A model generated the notes under the pieces. That model ran no database searches. It worked only from the letters and a program-made list of their open reading frames with translations, and was not told the DNA's origin. This document shows positions 39,248 to 48,126 of a stretch of DNA of 64,000 bases, in pieces (positions within the stretch are counted from its first letter, which is position 1; every line of letters starts with the position of its first letter). Source of the DNA: Clostridia bacterium (GTDB taxonomy: Bacteria > Bacillota > Clostridia > TANB77 > CAG-508); contig JAFRCC010000006.1 of the NCBI GenBank assembly GCA_017404545.1, positions 8 through 64,007 on the forward strand. Direction: 5' to 3'. Both the position numbers and the translations under genes were made by a program.

Positions 39248-40098
39248 GCTTTTTTAGTATAATTAGTGCTGAAGAAATTGATTATGGTTCTAGTCCAATG
39301 AATTTAAAGGTTATTCAAGGAACCGGTGTTGAGGTCATTCCTGATCTGAATATTAATGTTAATTCCCTCAATAACGGGAATAAATATTTCTTAAATAATG
39401 GATACGGTGGAATAACCTTCAAAATCGACGTTATAATCAATAAAAATGATATATTCACTACTTATAGGTCTGAATCAATTCCATTAACTTTTTCAATAAC
39501 AAATGGCGTAGGTTCTTACTTGGGCGGTGGAGTTCAAATTTCTCAAATCCGTACGTCAGTTATTGATAAATTACATGAGTGGATTACAACTATGACTCCG
39601 GTTTATGTCGTAACTGATGCAATTGATATTCCTAACGGAAGATATATCATTTCAAAAAACAGTAGCAGAAAACAAACTTATCGTGAAAATACTGTTTGGA
39701 CGTTGGAATTTACTGAATTTAAAGGAATTAACATCACTAAATATAAAAATGACAATAAATACGTTGATAAGGCTAAAAAGAATTACGCTAAAGCCAAAGC
39801 AAAAGCTAAAAAAGCTCAAAGTAAGAAGGCTAAGGCTAACAACGCAAACAAAAATAAGCTAAAAAAATGCAAATTGGCTAATCTGAAATATGGTCTTAAA
39901 AAGAGTAATTGTGTCAAATATATGCAAACGGTGTTATATAAGAAGGGTTATTTGACTAAAAAACAAGTAGACGGTTGGTTCGGGCCAATAACCAAGAATG
40001 CACTCAAAAAATTTCAAAAAAAGTATCAAAAGAAATACAAACTAAAAATCAATGGAAAAGTCGATAAGGCAACTTTAAAAGCATTAATAAACGTATAA
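39244..40098 (+). CDS. tail/baseplate protein with C-terminal peptidoglycan-binding-like (PG_binding_1) domain
   Basis: C-terminal LKYGLKKSNCVKYMQTVLYKKGYL...DGWFGPITKNALKKFQKKY...INGKVDKATLKAL matches the PG_binding_1 pattern. Confidence 0.5.
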   Translation: MSFFSIISAEEIDYGSSPMNLKVIQGTGVEVIPDLNINVNSLNNGNKYFLNNGYGGITFKIDVIINKNDIFTTYRSESIPLTFSITNGVGSYLGGGVQISQIRTSVIDKLHEWITTMTPVYVVTDAIDIPNGRYIISKNSSRKQTYRENTVWTLEFTEFKGINITKYKNDNKYVDKAKKNYAKAKAKAKKAQSKKAKANNANKNKLKKCKLANLKYGLKKSNCVKYMQTVLYKKGYLTKKQVDGWFGPITKNALKKFQKKYQKKYKLKINGKVDKATLKALINV

Positions 40099-40113
40099 TG
40101 GAGGTTAATATCA

Positions 40114-42462
40114 ATGGCAGTCGGAAGCGTTGTCGAGAAAGTGTATTATGATGTTAATCTCGTGCAAAACCAATCATTTATTTACGTTGGACGTATGAAA
40201 AACGCTAAGGCTATGGCTCTTAGTAAAGATTATTGGAATAATAGTATTACTATCTATTGGTCTAAATATCAAATTAAAGAAACGGACATGAGGCAAAAAA
40301 CCGCCTCCTTCACTAGTCCTCATTATTTTGATTTAACTAGCGGTTTACACTGCGTATTAATAACCTCACCTTATCACGAGGACTTCGGAGGCATCATATT
40401 ATCAGTAAGTTACGATAAATCAACCGGATTATATGAATACCAATGTCAAGATTTCAGTAGAAAATACCAAAGTAAATTTAACCTAATTTCAGTAAATAAC
40501 AATTTTTACGATTTATTAAGATTATTCCTCACTCAATTCGGTTGTAGTAACGGAAAAGGTAGAGTTTCAACAAGTAAATTAAAAAATTTCAAATATAACC
40601 TTACTGGATTGAGGCCTAAGCTTTATTACGACCAAGAAATTTGGGAAAATGGAATTAAATTTAATCCGATGACTTATACCAAACAAATGGTTTTCAAAGA
40701 CGTATCTTATATTGAGGCAATACGTGATTTAGTATTCAGTACCGGAGCATATATCGATGTATATTTCAATAAATACGGCGTACTACAAATACAACCATTT
40801 AGCAAACAAGATTGGTTAAGAAATGGTATTTATTTAACTACTCCTGAATTGGCTAGTAGGAAGTTCAAATTTGATACAACCAATATTATTACTGGAGTTG
40901 TAGTTAATTCTGAAGACCGTTTAAGTTCCGGACGTTACTATTCAAGTAATAAAATTGTAAGGCTAGACTTATCAGCATTTTTCGGTGATTTAACTACTAC
41001 AATTGATAACCCTAATAAATCTTCAAGTTCATCATCTACAAGCTCCGTTTCTACTAAAAAATCAACCAATACTAAGAAAAAAGAGGGAACCGGAATAACA
41101 GTTTTCATGAATATTGATAATATCCATTCTAAATCAAGAGATATGAAACTAATGAAGGATATTGCAGGATATCTCAAGAAAAGAGGTTATAAAGTAGAAA
41201 TCGGAGGTATCGGGCCAGGTTATCATTATTCCCAAATTAATCGTGTTAAGAAAAATGGAATTTATTTGTGTATTTACGGCGGTGCTTGTGCCGGAACTCT
41301 AAGAGAACATTGGACTAGTAACCATTACAAAAGCGTTCTTAAAAAGAAAAATGCTAAAATGGTAGTTGCATTTTTATCTCCGCCTAGTACCAATATTCAC
41401 AATTTAAAATGGTTACCTCGTGCTCATGATGATAATTTCAGTCCTAGAAGTTTTAAAGGTGTAAGTAATCCGGAAAAACAATTGTTGAATGCCGGAATTG
41501 GAGTTGTAATTGGTAAAAACGCTAAGGAAATAGCAACCAAATTCCCTAATTTTAAATCCTCAACCACTAAGAAAACTACAACTTCAGCATCTCCTATTAA
41601 CACTTCAACAGCTACCTATATCAATAATGAGATGACTAGTGCTCGAAATAGAATGACTGAAAGTATCCGTGATTTATTAAGCTTTAAATTAACATTACCT
41701 CTAGGAAATCCATTGTTAAAAAAATTACATACAAATATGTTTCTTTACACTGAATTACCGGACGAATTTGTTTTAGAGAACTTCTCAACAATAGCGGAAG
41801 TTTTAAACTCAACTTATAATCGTTACGTTGGTTATTCATTGAATAGATGGTATGTTGAAGCGGTTACTATTACTAATGATGGTTCTAAATTCGACGCTGA
41901 AGTTGAACTTAATCCGTTTCCTAGTAGCGTTAAAAAATATCGTGAAAGCAGAGTTAAATTGGAAGATGACTATAAATCAGCCTCCAAATCAACTAGTAAA
42001 AAATCAACCACCTCTACAAAAAATACTACTCTAAAAGGTGGAGAGGGCAAAACAATCGATAATCTTGTTAAAAAGATTATTGGTTCCGAAACCGATGATT
42101 TGAAAAAAGCTAAATTAATTCACGAATGGCTACGTAAAAACGTCAGATATGCTAGATATGAGTGTACTAAGTACAATACGCCGGAAAAATGTTATAAAAA
42201 TAGAAGGCATCTTAATTGTGCAGATACTGCAAGATTAACCGCTAGTATGATGAGAAGTGCAGGCTTAAAATGTTATGTCGTTCACCGTACTTATAACGGC
42301 GGTCATTTCTGGACTATTATTGAAATTAACGGTAAAAAGTACGCTAGTGATCAAACCGGCAACGGTTCAGCATTTAATACAGTATGGGCAAAATCCGGAA
42401 GGGTAAAAGTGTCTAACGGTGGAACTTATTCAAGGAAAAATGGAAAAGTTCCGGATTGTTAA
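40114..42462 (+). CDS. tail-associated (Tal/hub-like) protein with C-terminal transglutaminase-like cysteine peptidase domain
   Basis: C-terminal NCADTARLTASMMRSAGLKCYVVH...GHFWTIIEINGKKYASDQTG fits the transglutaminase-core Cys/His/Asp pattern. Ser/Thr-rich linkers. Confidence 0.55.
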   Translation: MAVGSVVEKVYYDVNLVQNQSFIYVGRMKNAKAMALSKDYWNNSITIYWSKYQIKETDMRQKTASFTSPHYFDLTSGLHCVLITSPYHEDFGGIILSVSYDKSTGLYEYQCQDFSRKYQSKFNLISVNNNFYDLLRLFLTQFGCSNGKGRVSTSKLKNFKYNLTGLRPKLYYDQEIWENGIKFNPMTYTKQMVFKDVSYIEAIRDLVFSTGAYIDVYFNKYGVLQIQPFSKQDWLRNGIYLTTPELASRKFKFDTTNIITGVVVNSEDRLSSGRYYSSNKIVRLDLSAFFGDLTTTIDNPNKSSSSSSTSSVSTKKSTNTKKKEGTGITVFMNIDNIHSKSRDMKLMKDIAGYLKKRGYKVEIGGIGPGYHYSQINRVKKNGIYLCIYGGACAGTLREHWTSNHYKSVLKKKNAKMVVAFLSPPSTNIHNLKWLPRAHDDNFSPRSFKGVSNPEKQLLNAGIGVVIGKNAKEIATKFPNFKSSTTKKTTTSASPINTSTATYINNEMTSARNRMTESIRDLLSFKLTLPLGNPLLKKLHTNMFLYTELPDEFVLENFSTIAEVLNSTYNRYVGYSLNRWYVEAVTITNDGSKFDAEVELNPFPSSVKKYRESRVKLEDDYKSASKSTSKKSTTSTKNTTLKGGEGKTIDNLVKKIIGSETDDLKKAKLIHEWLRKNVRYARYECTKYNTPEKCYKNRRHLNCADTARLTASMMRSAGLKCYVVHRTYNGGHFWTIIEINGKKYASDQTGNGSAFNTVWAKSGRVKVSNGGTYSRKNGKVPDC

Positions 42463-42881
42463 AGGAGGTTGAGTCATTTATGGAACAAATAGTAGAATTA
42501 GGAGCTGATTTAAACTGCAATTGGGAATTTAAAGACGGAGATTTACAAATTGTTGAAAATAAAGAGAATTTAGTTCAGGCAATTTTAAATCGATTAAATT
42601 GTTCATATGATAGTTTGGATTTGTTCTATTATGATTACGGTAGTGTAATATCCAATTTTCTAGGTTGGAAAAAGTCAGATAAAACTTTAGAGTTCATAAG
42701 ATTGGAAGTTGAAAACACTTTAGGTCAAGAACCTCGATTAAACAATTTTAACGTTGAAGTGTCCTATAAAAGTGATGGTAAAGTTTTAATCGAATTATAC
42801 GTTGTTTTTGATGATGAAACTGATTTAACTATGAGTTTAGTGTTAGAAAAAGGAGGCGAAGTCATTGCCACTGGAGAATGA
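42456..42881 (+). CDS. gp25/GPW-like baseplate wedge protein
   Basis: LVQAILNRLNCSYDSLDLFYYDYGS...LGQEPRL matches the GPW/gp25 pattern, including the EPR motif. Confidence 0.5.
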   Translation: MLKEVESFMEQIVELGADLNCNWEFKDGDLQIVENKENLVQAILNRLNCSYDSLDLFYYDYGSVISNFLGWKKSDKTLEFIRLEVENTLGQEPRLNNFNVEVSYKSDGKVLIELYVVFDDETDLTMSLVLEKGGEVIATGE

Positions 42882-44031
42882 AAGCTTTTATAATTTACTC
42901 GGAGATGAAATTTCACGTGAAAGTATCGTAGAAAAAATGATTGAATATTACAATCAGAAGCTCGAAATTGGGGAGACAAAAGTTACAGACTTCAACGAAG
43001 GTTCTGAAATAAGAAACCTCTTAGAATCCTTTGCTGTTGATTTATATGATTTGATGGAAGATAATTATGAGGCTACTAAAATTGCTTTTATTTCAACCGC
43101 TTACGGAGAATGGCTTGATTTACACGGGGAAAATCCATTAGTCAATTTAGCACGTGATACTGGTTCTGAAGCCGTTGGATTGGTAACTTTTACTATTCCC
43201 GATGCTAGAGCGGTTGATATTATAATTCCTGAAGAAACTATTTTGCTTTGTGAAGAAAATGATTTAGAATACATTACTGATTCAGAAGCAATCATAGTTT
43301 CCGGAGATACAAGCGTAGATGTTTATTGTACTTGCTTAACTGTTGGAGAGGACGGAAATTGTGGAGCAAATACAATAACTACAATTGATGATGATAATAT
43401 TGATGATACTGTTGAAGTAAACAACCCCGAAGCTTTTAGTGAAGGTAGCGACTATGAGGAAGATGACGAGTACAGAGAACGTCTTTTAAGTGCTATTAGA
43501 ATTGATAATTTCGGCAGTATTGGTTATTATCAAGAGTTAGGAACTAATATTGACGGAGTTCATGACATTTTACTAATCGAAGATGAAACATATACTCGTA
43601 AAATCCTTGTAAACGGAGATGAAAAACCCGTCTCTGATGAAGTTCTAGTGAATGTTTTAAAAGAGTTCACCCGACCGGAAAATATAGTGTTGGGGCACAA
43701 TTTTATTGTTGATTCTCCGGATTATCTGACTTTAAATTTGAATTTAGATTTGATAGTTGAATATGAATTTGAAGATGAATTAATTATCGATAGATTAAAC
43801 TCATTTTTCAACGGCGGTATAACTAGCGACGGTTATGATTTCAGCGGTTGTTTTATCGGTGAGAATTTAAATGAAACTCATTTATATTCTTGTTTGGAAA
43901 GCTTAGATGGAATTATAAGAGCCTCTGCAACAACCGATGAAGATGCTCCTTTAAGTTCTCTAACTGTTAATAGTAACGAAGTCATAAAACTCGGTGAAAT
44001 TACAATTAATCAGACAATTTATGAGGAATAA
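42865..44031 (+). CDS. baseplate J-like protein
   Basis: 388-aa ORF directly after the gp25-like gene, matching the W-J order of Mu/P2-type baseplates. Confidence 0.4.
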   Translation: MPLENESFYNLLGDEISRESIVEKMIEYYNQKLEIGETKVTDFNEGSEIRNLLESFAVDLYDLMEDNYEATKIAFISTAYGEWLDLHGENPLVNLARDTGSEAVGLVTFTIPDARAVDIIIPEETILLCEENDLEYITDSEAIIVSGDTSVDVYCTCLTVGEDGNCGANTITTIDDDNIDDTVEVNNPEAFSEGSDYEEDDEYRERLLSAIRIDNFGSIGYYQELGTNIDGVHDILLIEDETYTRKILVNGDEKPVSDEVLVNVLKEFTRPENIVLGHNFIVDSPDYLTLNLNLDLIVEYEFEDELIIDRLNSFFNGGITSDGYDFSGCFIGENLNETHLYSCLESLDGIIRASATTDEDAPLSSLTVNSNEVIKLGEITINQTIYEE

Positions 44032-44039
44032 GAGGTGAA

Positions 44040-44513
44040 ATGATGTCTAATTATGGAGAGGAAATTTTAGATAGATTACCTGAAAATTCTAACTTGAAAA
44101 TAAGCAATAATCCGGCTCGTAAAGTTATTGATTATACTTTAGGTGAATGGTTAGACAATTTTGTAGATGAAGATATTTTTGAGGAATTGTTTTTAAATGA
44201 GTCTAAAGGAAGGTATATTGATTGCCACGGTCGAGAATATGGAGTTTATCGTAAGCTCAATGAAAGCGATGACGATTACAAAAGACGGATTATTTATCAA
44301 ATTATGGGTCATTTAACCGTCGATTATTTGATTAATATTTATGGTGTTGATTTATACGTAAATATTCCAAATTATAATCCTAATTCTAATGTATTAACTA
44401 GTGATAATTATTATATTCACGGGGAAAATGGATTTATGGCGTCCGCTGATGAAATTACTAAATCAATATTGAATAAGAAATTTGTTTTGGGAAGTGGTAT
44501 TAGATGGCTTTAA
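44040..44513 (+). CDS. baseplate/tail protein (gpI-like by position)
   Basis: ORF. Confidence 0.25.
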   Translation: MMSNYGEEILDRLPENSNLKISNNPARKVIDYTLGEWLDNFVDEDIFEELFLNESKGRYIDCHGREYGVYRKLNESDDDYKRRIIYQIMGHLTVDYLINIYGVDLYVNIPNYNPNSNVLTSDNYYIHGENGFMASADEITKSILNKKFVLGSGIRWL

Positions 44514-44707
44514 GTCCGTATTTTACTGATGAGGAATTGATAAGTCAAATCAGACTTCAATTTGATTATGAGGATATGTGGGATATTGATTTTACTACTA
44601 TTTTTCAAACTATTGAAGATATAGGAGATTATTTTAGTCTTAATTTTAGAAATAGGTGTTTCCGTATTGATAAGATTACGGGAATTGTTATTGAGGTGGA
44701 ATCATGA
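44504..44707 (+). CDS. hypothetical small tail protein
   Basis: ORF. Confidence 0.25.
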   Translation: MALSPYFTDEELISQIRLQFDYEDMWDIDFTTIFQTIEDIGDYFSLNFRNRCFRIDKITGIVIEVES

Positions 44708-46530
44708 GCTTTTTAACCGTCGAAGATGTAAATTCAACCCTAATAAAATATCATAATATCAACCTATTTCATACAATAAACACTAGAAATATCGATATAG
44801 ATGAGTTTGAAGGGGTAAAATATGATTTTTGCATCGTAAATCATGGTATTAGTGGTAATAACCACACCTTTGAGTTCAATATTGTTAATAGTAATTGGAC
44901 GGGCGCTTATTACTTTTTAGATGAAAATGACAATTATTTAGATTTAGACGCTACATATGACAGTAACGATAATGTTTTAACATTTACTACCACCCACGAA
45001 AGCGTAAAATTGATTTTATATTGTTCTAGTCTTGCCGATGAGTTTAATATTGTTAGATTAACTTGGAGACCAATCTCACTTAATACTCTTGTAACTTCAT
45101 CTATTGAAAATATAATTGAAGATATTCCAGTTATGAGTTTGAATAATGAAGATTTATACGGTAAAAGATATGTAATTCAAAATACTAATGAAACTCACGG
45201 AGAATATTTCAATTTAAATAGTGATAATCAGCCTACATTTGCCCAAACGGCAAATTCTAATTCTAATAAAACTGCAATAAGTTATAACGGAGCTAAATTT
45301 TACTATGATTGTTTTGTTAAAAAGATTGCTCCAAATATTGAAATTAACAACGATTTAACAGTGGGGAAAATAAACCGTGTAGAATTATCAGTTTCTTATG
45401 ATCTTACTGACGTAAATAATGTTATCTCAATACCTTCTTTGGCCGGATATGTTTATTATGAAGATAAAACAATCCCGATTCAATTAGACTCAAATACTGG
45501 GAACTATTATTTTGATTTAGATTTATTGGAAAAATCTAATAATAATCACGTTAAATTGTCATTAGAGATTTTAGAAACGGATTATGTTCAAGGAAAACTT
45601 TATAATTTCGTTATAGCCTCTGAATATGTTTCTGTTGATAACGTTTCTGACTTTATTAGGGAGCTCGGAAGTAATGGTTGTAAGATTATCGAGCTAGCAA
45701 ATGACTTTACTTTGTTTGATGACGTTACTGTTTATCATGATATAATTATATACGGTAAAGACCATTCATTGAATTTAAACGAACATTCTTTTATTTTAAA
45801 CGAGGGTTTGACTTTAAAAGTAAATAAGATATCCTTTAATAACGGGGACAACGCCATTATTCAAAACGATAATACAAATTTAGAACTAACTGATTGTACT
45901 TTTTACAATTGTAAATCTAGGAACTATAACAATATAGGTTCTTGTATTTTCTGTGATGTGAACTTGGAAAGTTTGTCTGTCGATGATGATTTCACTACTA
46001 ATTTGTATAATTGTACCTTTATCAACAATCATTCAGCGATTCTACACGGAGGACAATTAACAGTAGATAATTGTAAATTCCTCAACAATATTTTAGAGGT
46101 TGTTGATATGAATAATCCGGCGTTCCTTTATCAAGTAAGCGGGGACGCTTCAATTTCAAATAGTATTTTTGATATTGATTATTCAAATAAAAATGGATTA
46201 TGTACTAATAGTCAAAATATTGGTTTTGCTCAAGCCTTATTCATGTGCGGTCAGTTAGCAACAATTAACAGAGCTAATTATACTTATTTACAATCCGATG
46301 ATACTTTACCATTCTTCGAATCACCTTATAACAATAAAGCTCATTTATTCGTGAAATATTATTATTCCCAAATTAGCGCTTGCGTATTTGCTAGTCCCGT
46401 TCTTAATTATGAAGATAAATCTTGTTGTCATGCAGTTAGCGGGGTTGATTGGGTTTTCAAAAATAATGTTCAAATTACTCGTGCAGACTGGGAAAGTGAG
46501 AATAATATAAATAAAATTGATTGGGAGTGA
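44704..46530 (+). CDS. tail fiber/spike protein with right-handed parallel beta-helix repeats
   Basis: Repeated N-x-T/C motifs typical of beta-helix/pectate-lyase-like folds (LTDCTFYNCKS, NCTFINNHSAILHGGQLTVDNCKFLNN). Confidence 0.5.
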   Translation: MSFLTVEDVNSTLIKYHNINLFHTINTRNIDIDEFEGVKYDFCIVNHGISGNNHTFEFNIVNSNWTGAYYFLDENDNYLDLDATYDSNDNVLTFTTTHESVKLILYCSSLADEFNIVRLTWRPISLNTLVTSSIENIIEDIPVMSLNNEDLYGKRYVIQNTNETHGEYFNLNSDNQPTFAQTANSNSNKTAISYNGAKFYYDCFVKKIAPNIEINNDLTVGKINRVELSVSYDLTDVNNVISIPSLAGYVYYEDKTIPIQLDSNTGNYYFDLDLLEKSNNNHVKLSLEILETDYVQGKLYNFVIASEYVSVDNVSDFIRELGSNGCKIIELANDFTLFDDVTVYHDIIIYGKDHSLNLNEHSFILNEGLTLKVNKISFNNGDNAIIQNDNTNLELTDCTFYNCKSRNYNNIGSCIFCDVNLESLSVDDDFTTNLYNCTFINNHSAILHGGQLTVDNCKFLNNILEVVDMNNPAFLYQVSGDASISNSIFDIDYSNKNGLCTNSQNIGFAQALFMCGQLATINRANYTYLQSDDTLPFFESPYNNKAHLFVKYYYSQISACVFASPVLNYEDKSCCHAVSGVDWVFKNNVQITRADWESENNINKIDWE

Positions 46531-46538
46531 ATAGAAAA

Positions 46539-48122
46539 ATGTATTTTTCAAATATTAATAATCCGGAGTTAAAACAATTTCATAAAGTTATCCCTTATAA
46601 TTTCAATATGAGTTTAACAGACGCTTTATCATCTGATTTGTTCTATATTGAAACAGTAATTCCTAATTCAATATATCGTATTTATTTACTGTTTTATTGT
46701 GATAAAATAACTTCTAGTAACGTTAATGATGTGATTTTGGAAAATAAATGTATTATCTGTAATAAGACTAGTGAAGAAACCTATTTTAATTTCGTTTCTA
46801 ACGATAATGATAAGTTTATCTTAAATCAAAAAACCGGATACTACTCATTTGAGGATACTTTAAGCGATGAGGATTATAACGCTATTGTTCAGTTATTGAG
46901 AGCAAATAATTCTTTTGAAGAAAATATCCAAATTAATAACAGTATTGTAAACGGAGATTATGGAACTTATATTTTCAATCTAAAATCAACTACTATCGTT
47001 GATAATGGAGTTTTGATCACTAACGAGACATTATCTAGTATAGGTACTGTTAAACTAATGAGCCCTACATTTAAAAACAGCAGTTATCAATTAAAATTAA
47101 CAGTATACAGTTTATCCGACGTTAATGTTTGTAATGAGTCTAATGATGATAATATTGAAAAAACTGAACTAATAATTGATTTAGTTGAAGGTTCAGAGGT
47201 AAATATTCCTTTTAATACCTTAGATTTGAATTGTATTGTAGGATTTAACGCCGTTGTTAATATTGCTCATGATTTACCCGTTATCACTTATTCTCAAGAT
47301 ATAATTTTAACTAGCGATAAATCACAGTGCGTTATTGGAGATACTCTCAATTTAAACGCTTTATACTTGGAAGATGATTCTCCATTGGAAAATGAAGTAA
47401 TTACCTTTAAAAACGGAACTGAAATATTGGGAACTGGAACAACCGATTCTAACGGGATTGCAAATTTCCAATATACAATTTTAAACGATTCTACATTGAA
47501 TATTGTTGCAATTAACAGTGCAGGAAAGATTATTTCAAATAATATAGAAATAGATGTATCTAATAAACTAAGTACCATCTCTTTGGAAGTTTCTAAAAGT
47601 CTTGTTAATGTAGGTGATGTAGTCGTTATTTCCGGTTATCTTCTTAGTGGTTCAGAACCATTATCAAATTATGAAGTTAAAATCTTAAACGGTGATGAAT
47701 TATTTGTAAATCGTACAACCGACGCTAACGGAAGATATTATATAAATTTAAGTGTTGGTAACGTATTAGATTATGATTTAAAAGCTGTTTTTGATGGGGA
47801 TTCAACATATAGTAGCTCTCAAAGTCAATATGTTCACGTCAGAAGCGCTAAATTAGCCGTTAGTTTTCAAGCTATTAGGTGGGGTATAACTGAATACGCA
47901 TTTATTACTGGAAAAATGATTTCTTCAGATGGTAATTTATTAACTAATGCCCCTATCTCTATTTATTGGAAGGGCTCGTCTTATGAAGATGTTTCTGAAA
48001 CTAGAACTGCTACTGACGGAACTTTTGCCGGAAGGCGTCTTAGTAATGGGCAAATTGAATATATTGTTGTTGTATTTGAGGGAGACGAAACTCACCAACC
48101 AGTTACAGCAGTTTGGGGGTGA
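46539..48122 (+). CDS. tail fiber / adhesin-like protein with Ig-like repeats (ATG 46539 preferred over TTG 46521)
   Basis: RBS GGGAGTGA. Repeated Big-like segments (e.g. VISGYLLSGSEPLSNYEVKILNGDELFVNRTTDANGRYYINLSV). Confidence 0.45.
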   Translation: MYFSNINNPELKQFHKVIPYNFNMSLTDALSSDLFYIETVIPNSIYRIYLLFYCDKITSSNVNDVILENKCIICNKTSEETYFNFVSNDNDKFILNQKTGYYSFEDTLSDEDYNAIVQLLRANNSFEENIQINNSIVNGDYGTYIFNLKSTTIVDNGVLITNETLSSIGTVKLMSPTFKNSSYQLKLTVYSLSDVNVCNESNDDNIEKTELIIDLVEGSEVNIPFNTLDLNCIVGFNAVVNIAHDLPVITYSQDIILTSDKSQCVIGDTLNLNALYLEDDSPLENEVITFKNGTEILGTGTTDSNGIANFQYTILNDSTLNIVAINSAGKIISNNIEIDVSNKLSTISLEVSKSLVNVGDVVVISGYLLSGSEPLSNYEVKILNGDELFVNRTTDANGRYYINLSVGNVLDYDLKAVFDGDSTYSSSQSQYVHVRSAKLAVSFQAIRWGITEYAFITGKMISSDGNLLTNAPISIYWKGSSYEDVSETRTATDGTFAGRRLSNGQIEYIVVVFEGDETHQPVTAVWG

Positions 48123-48126
48123 ATAA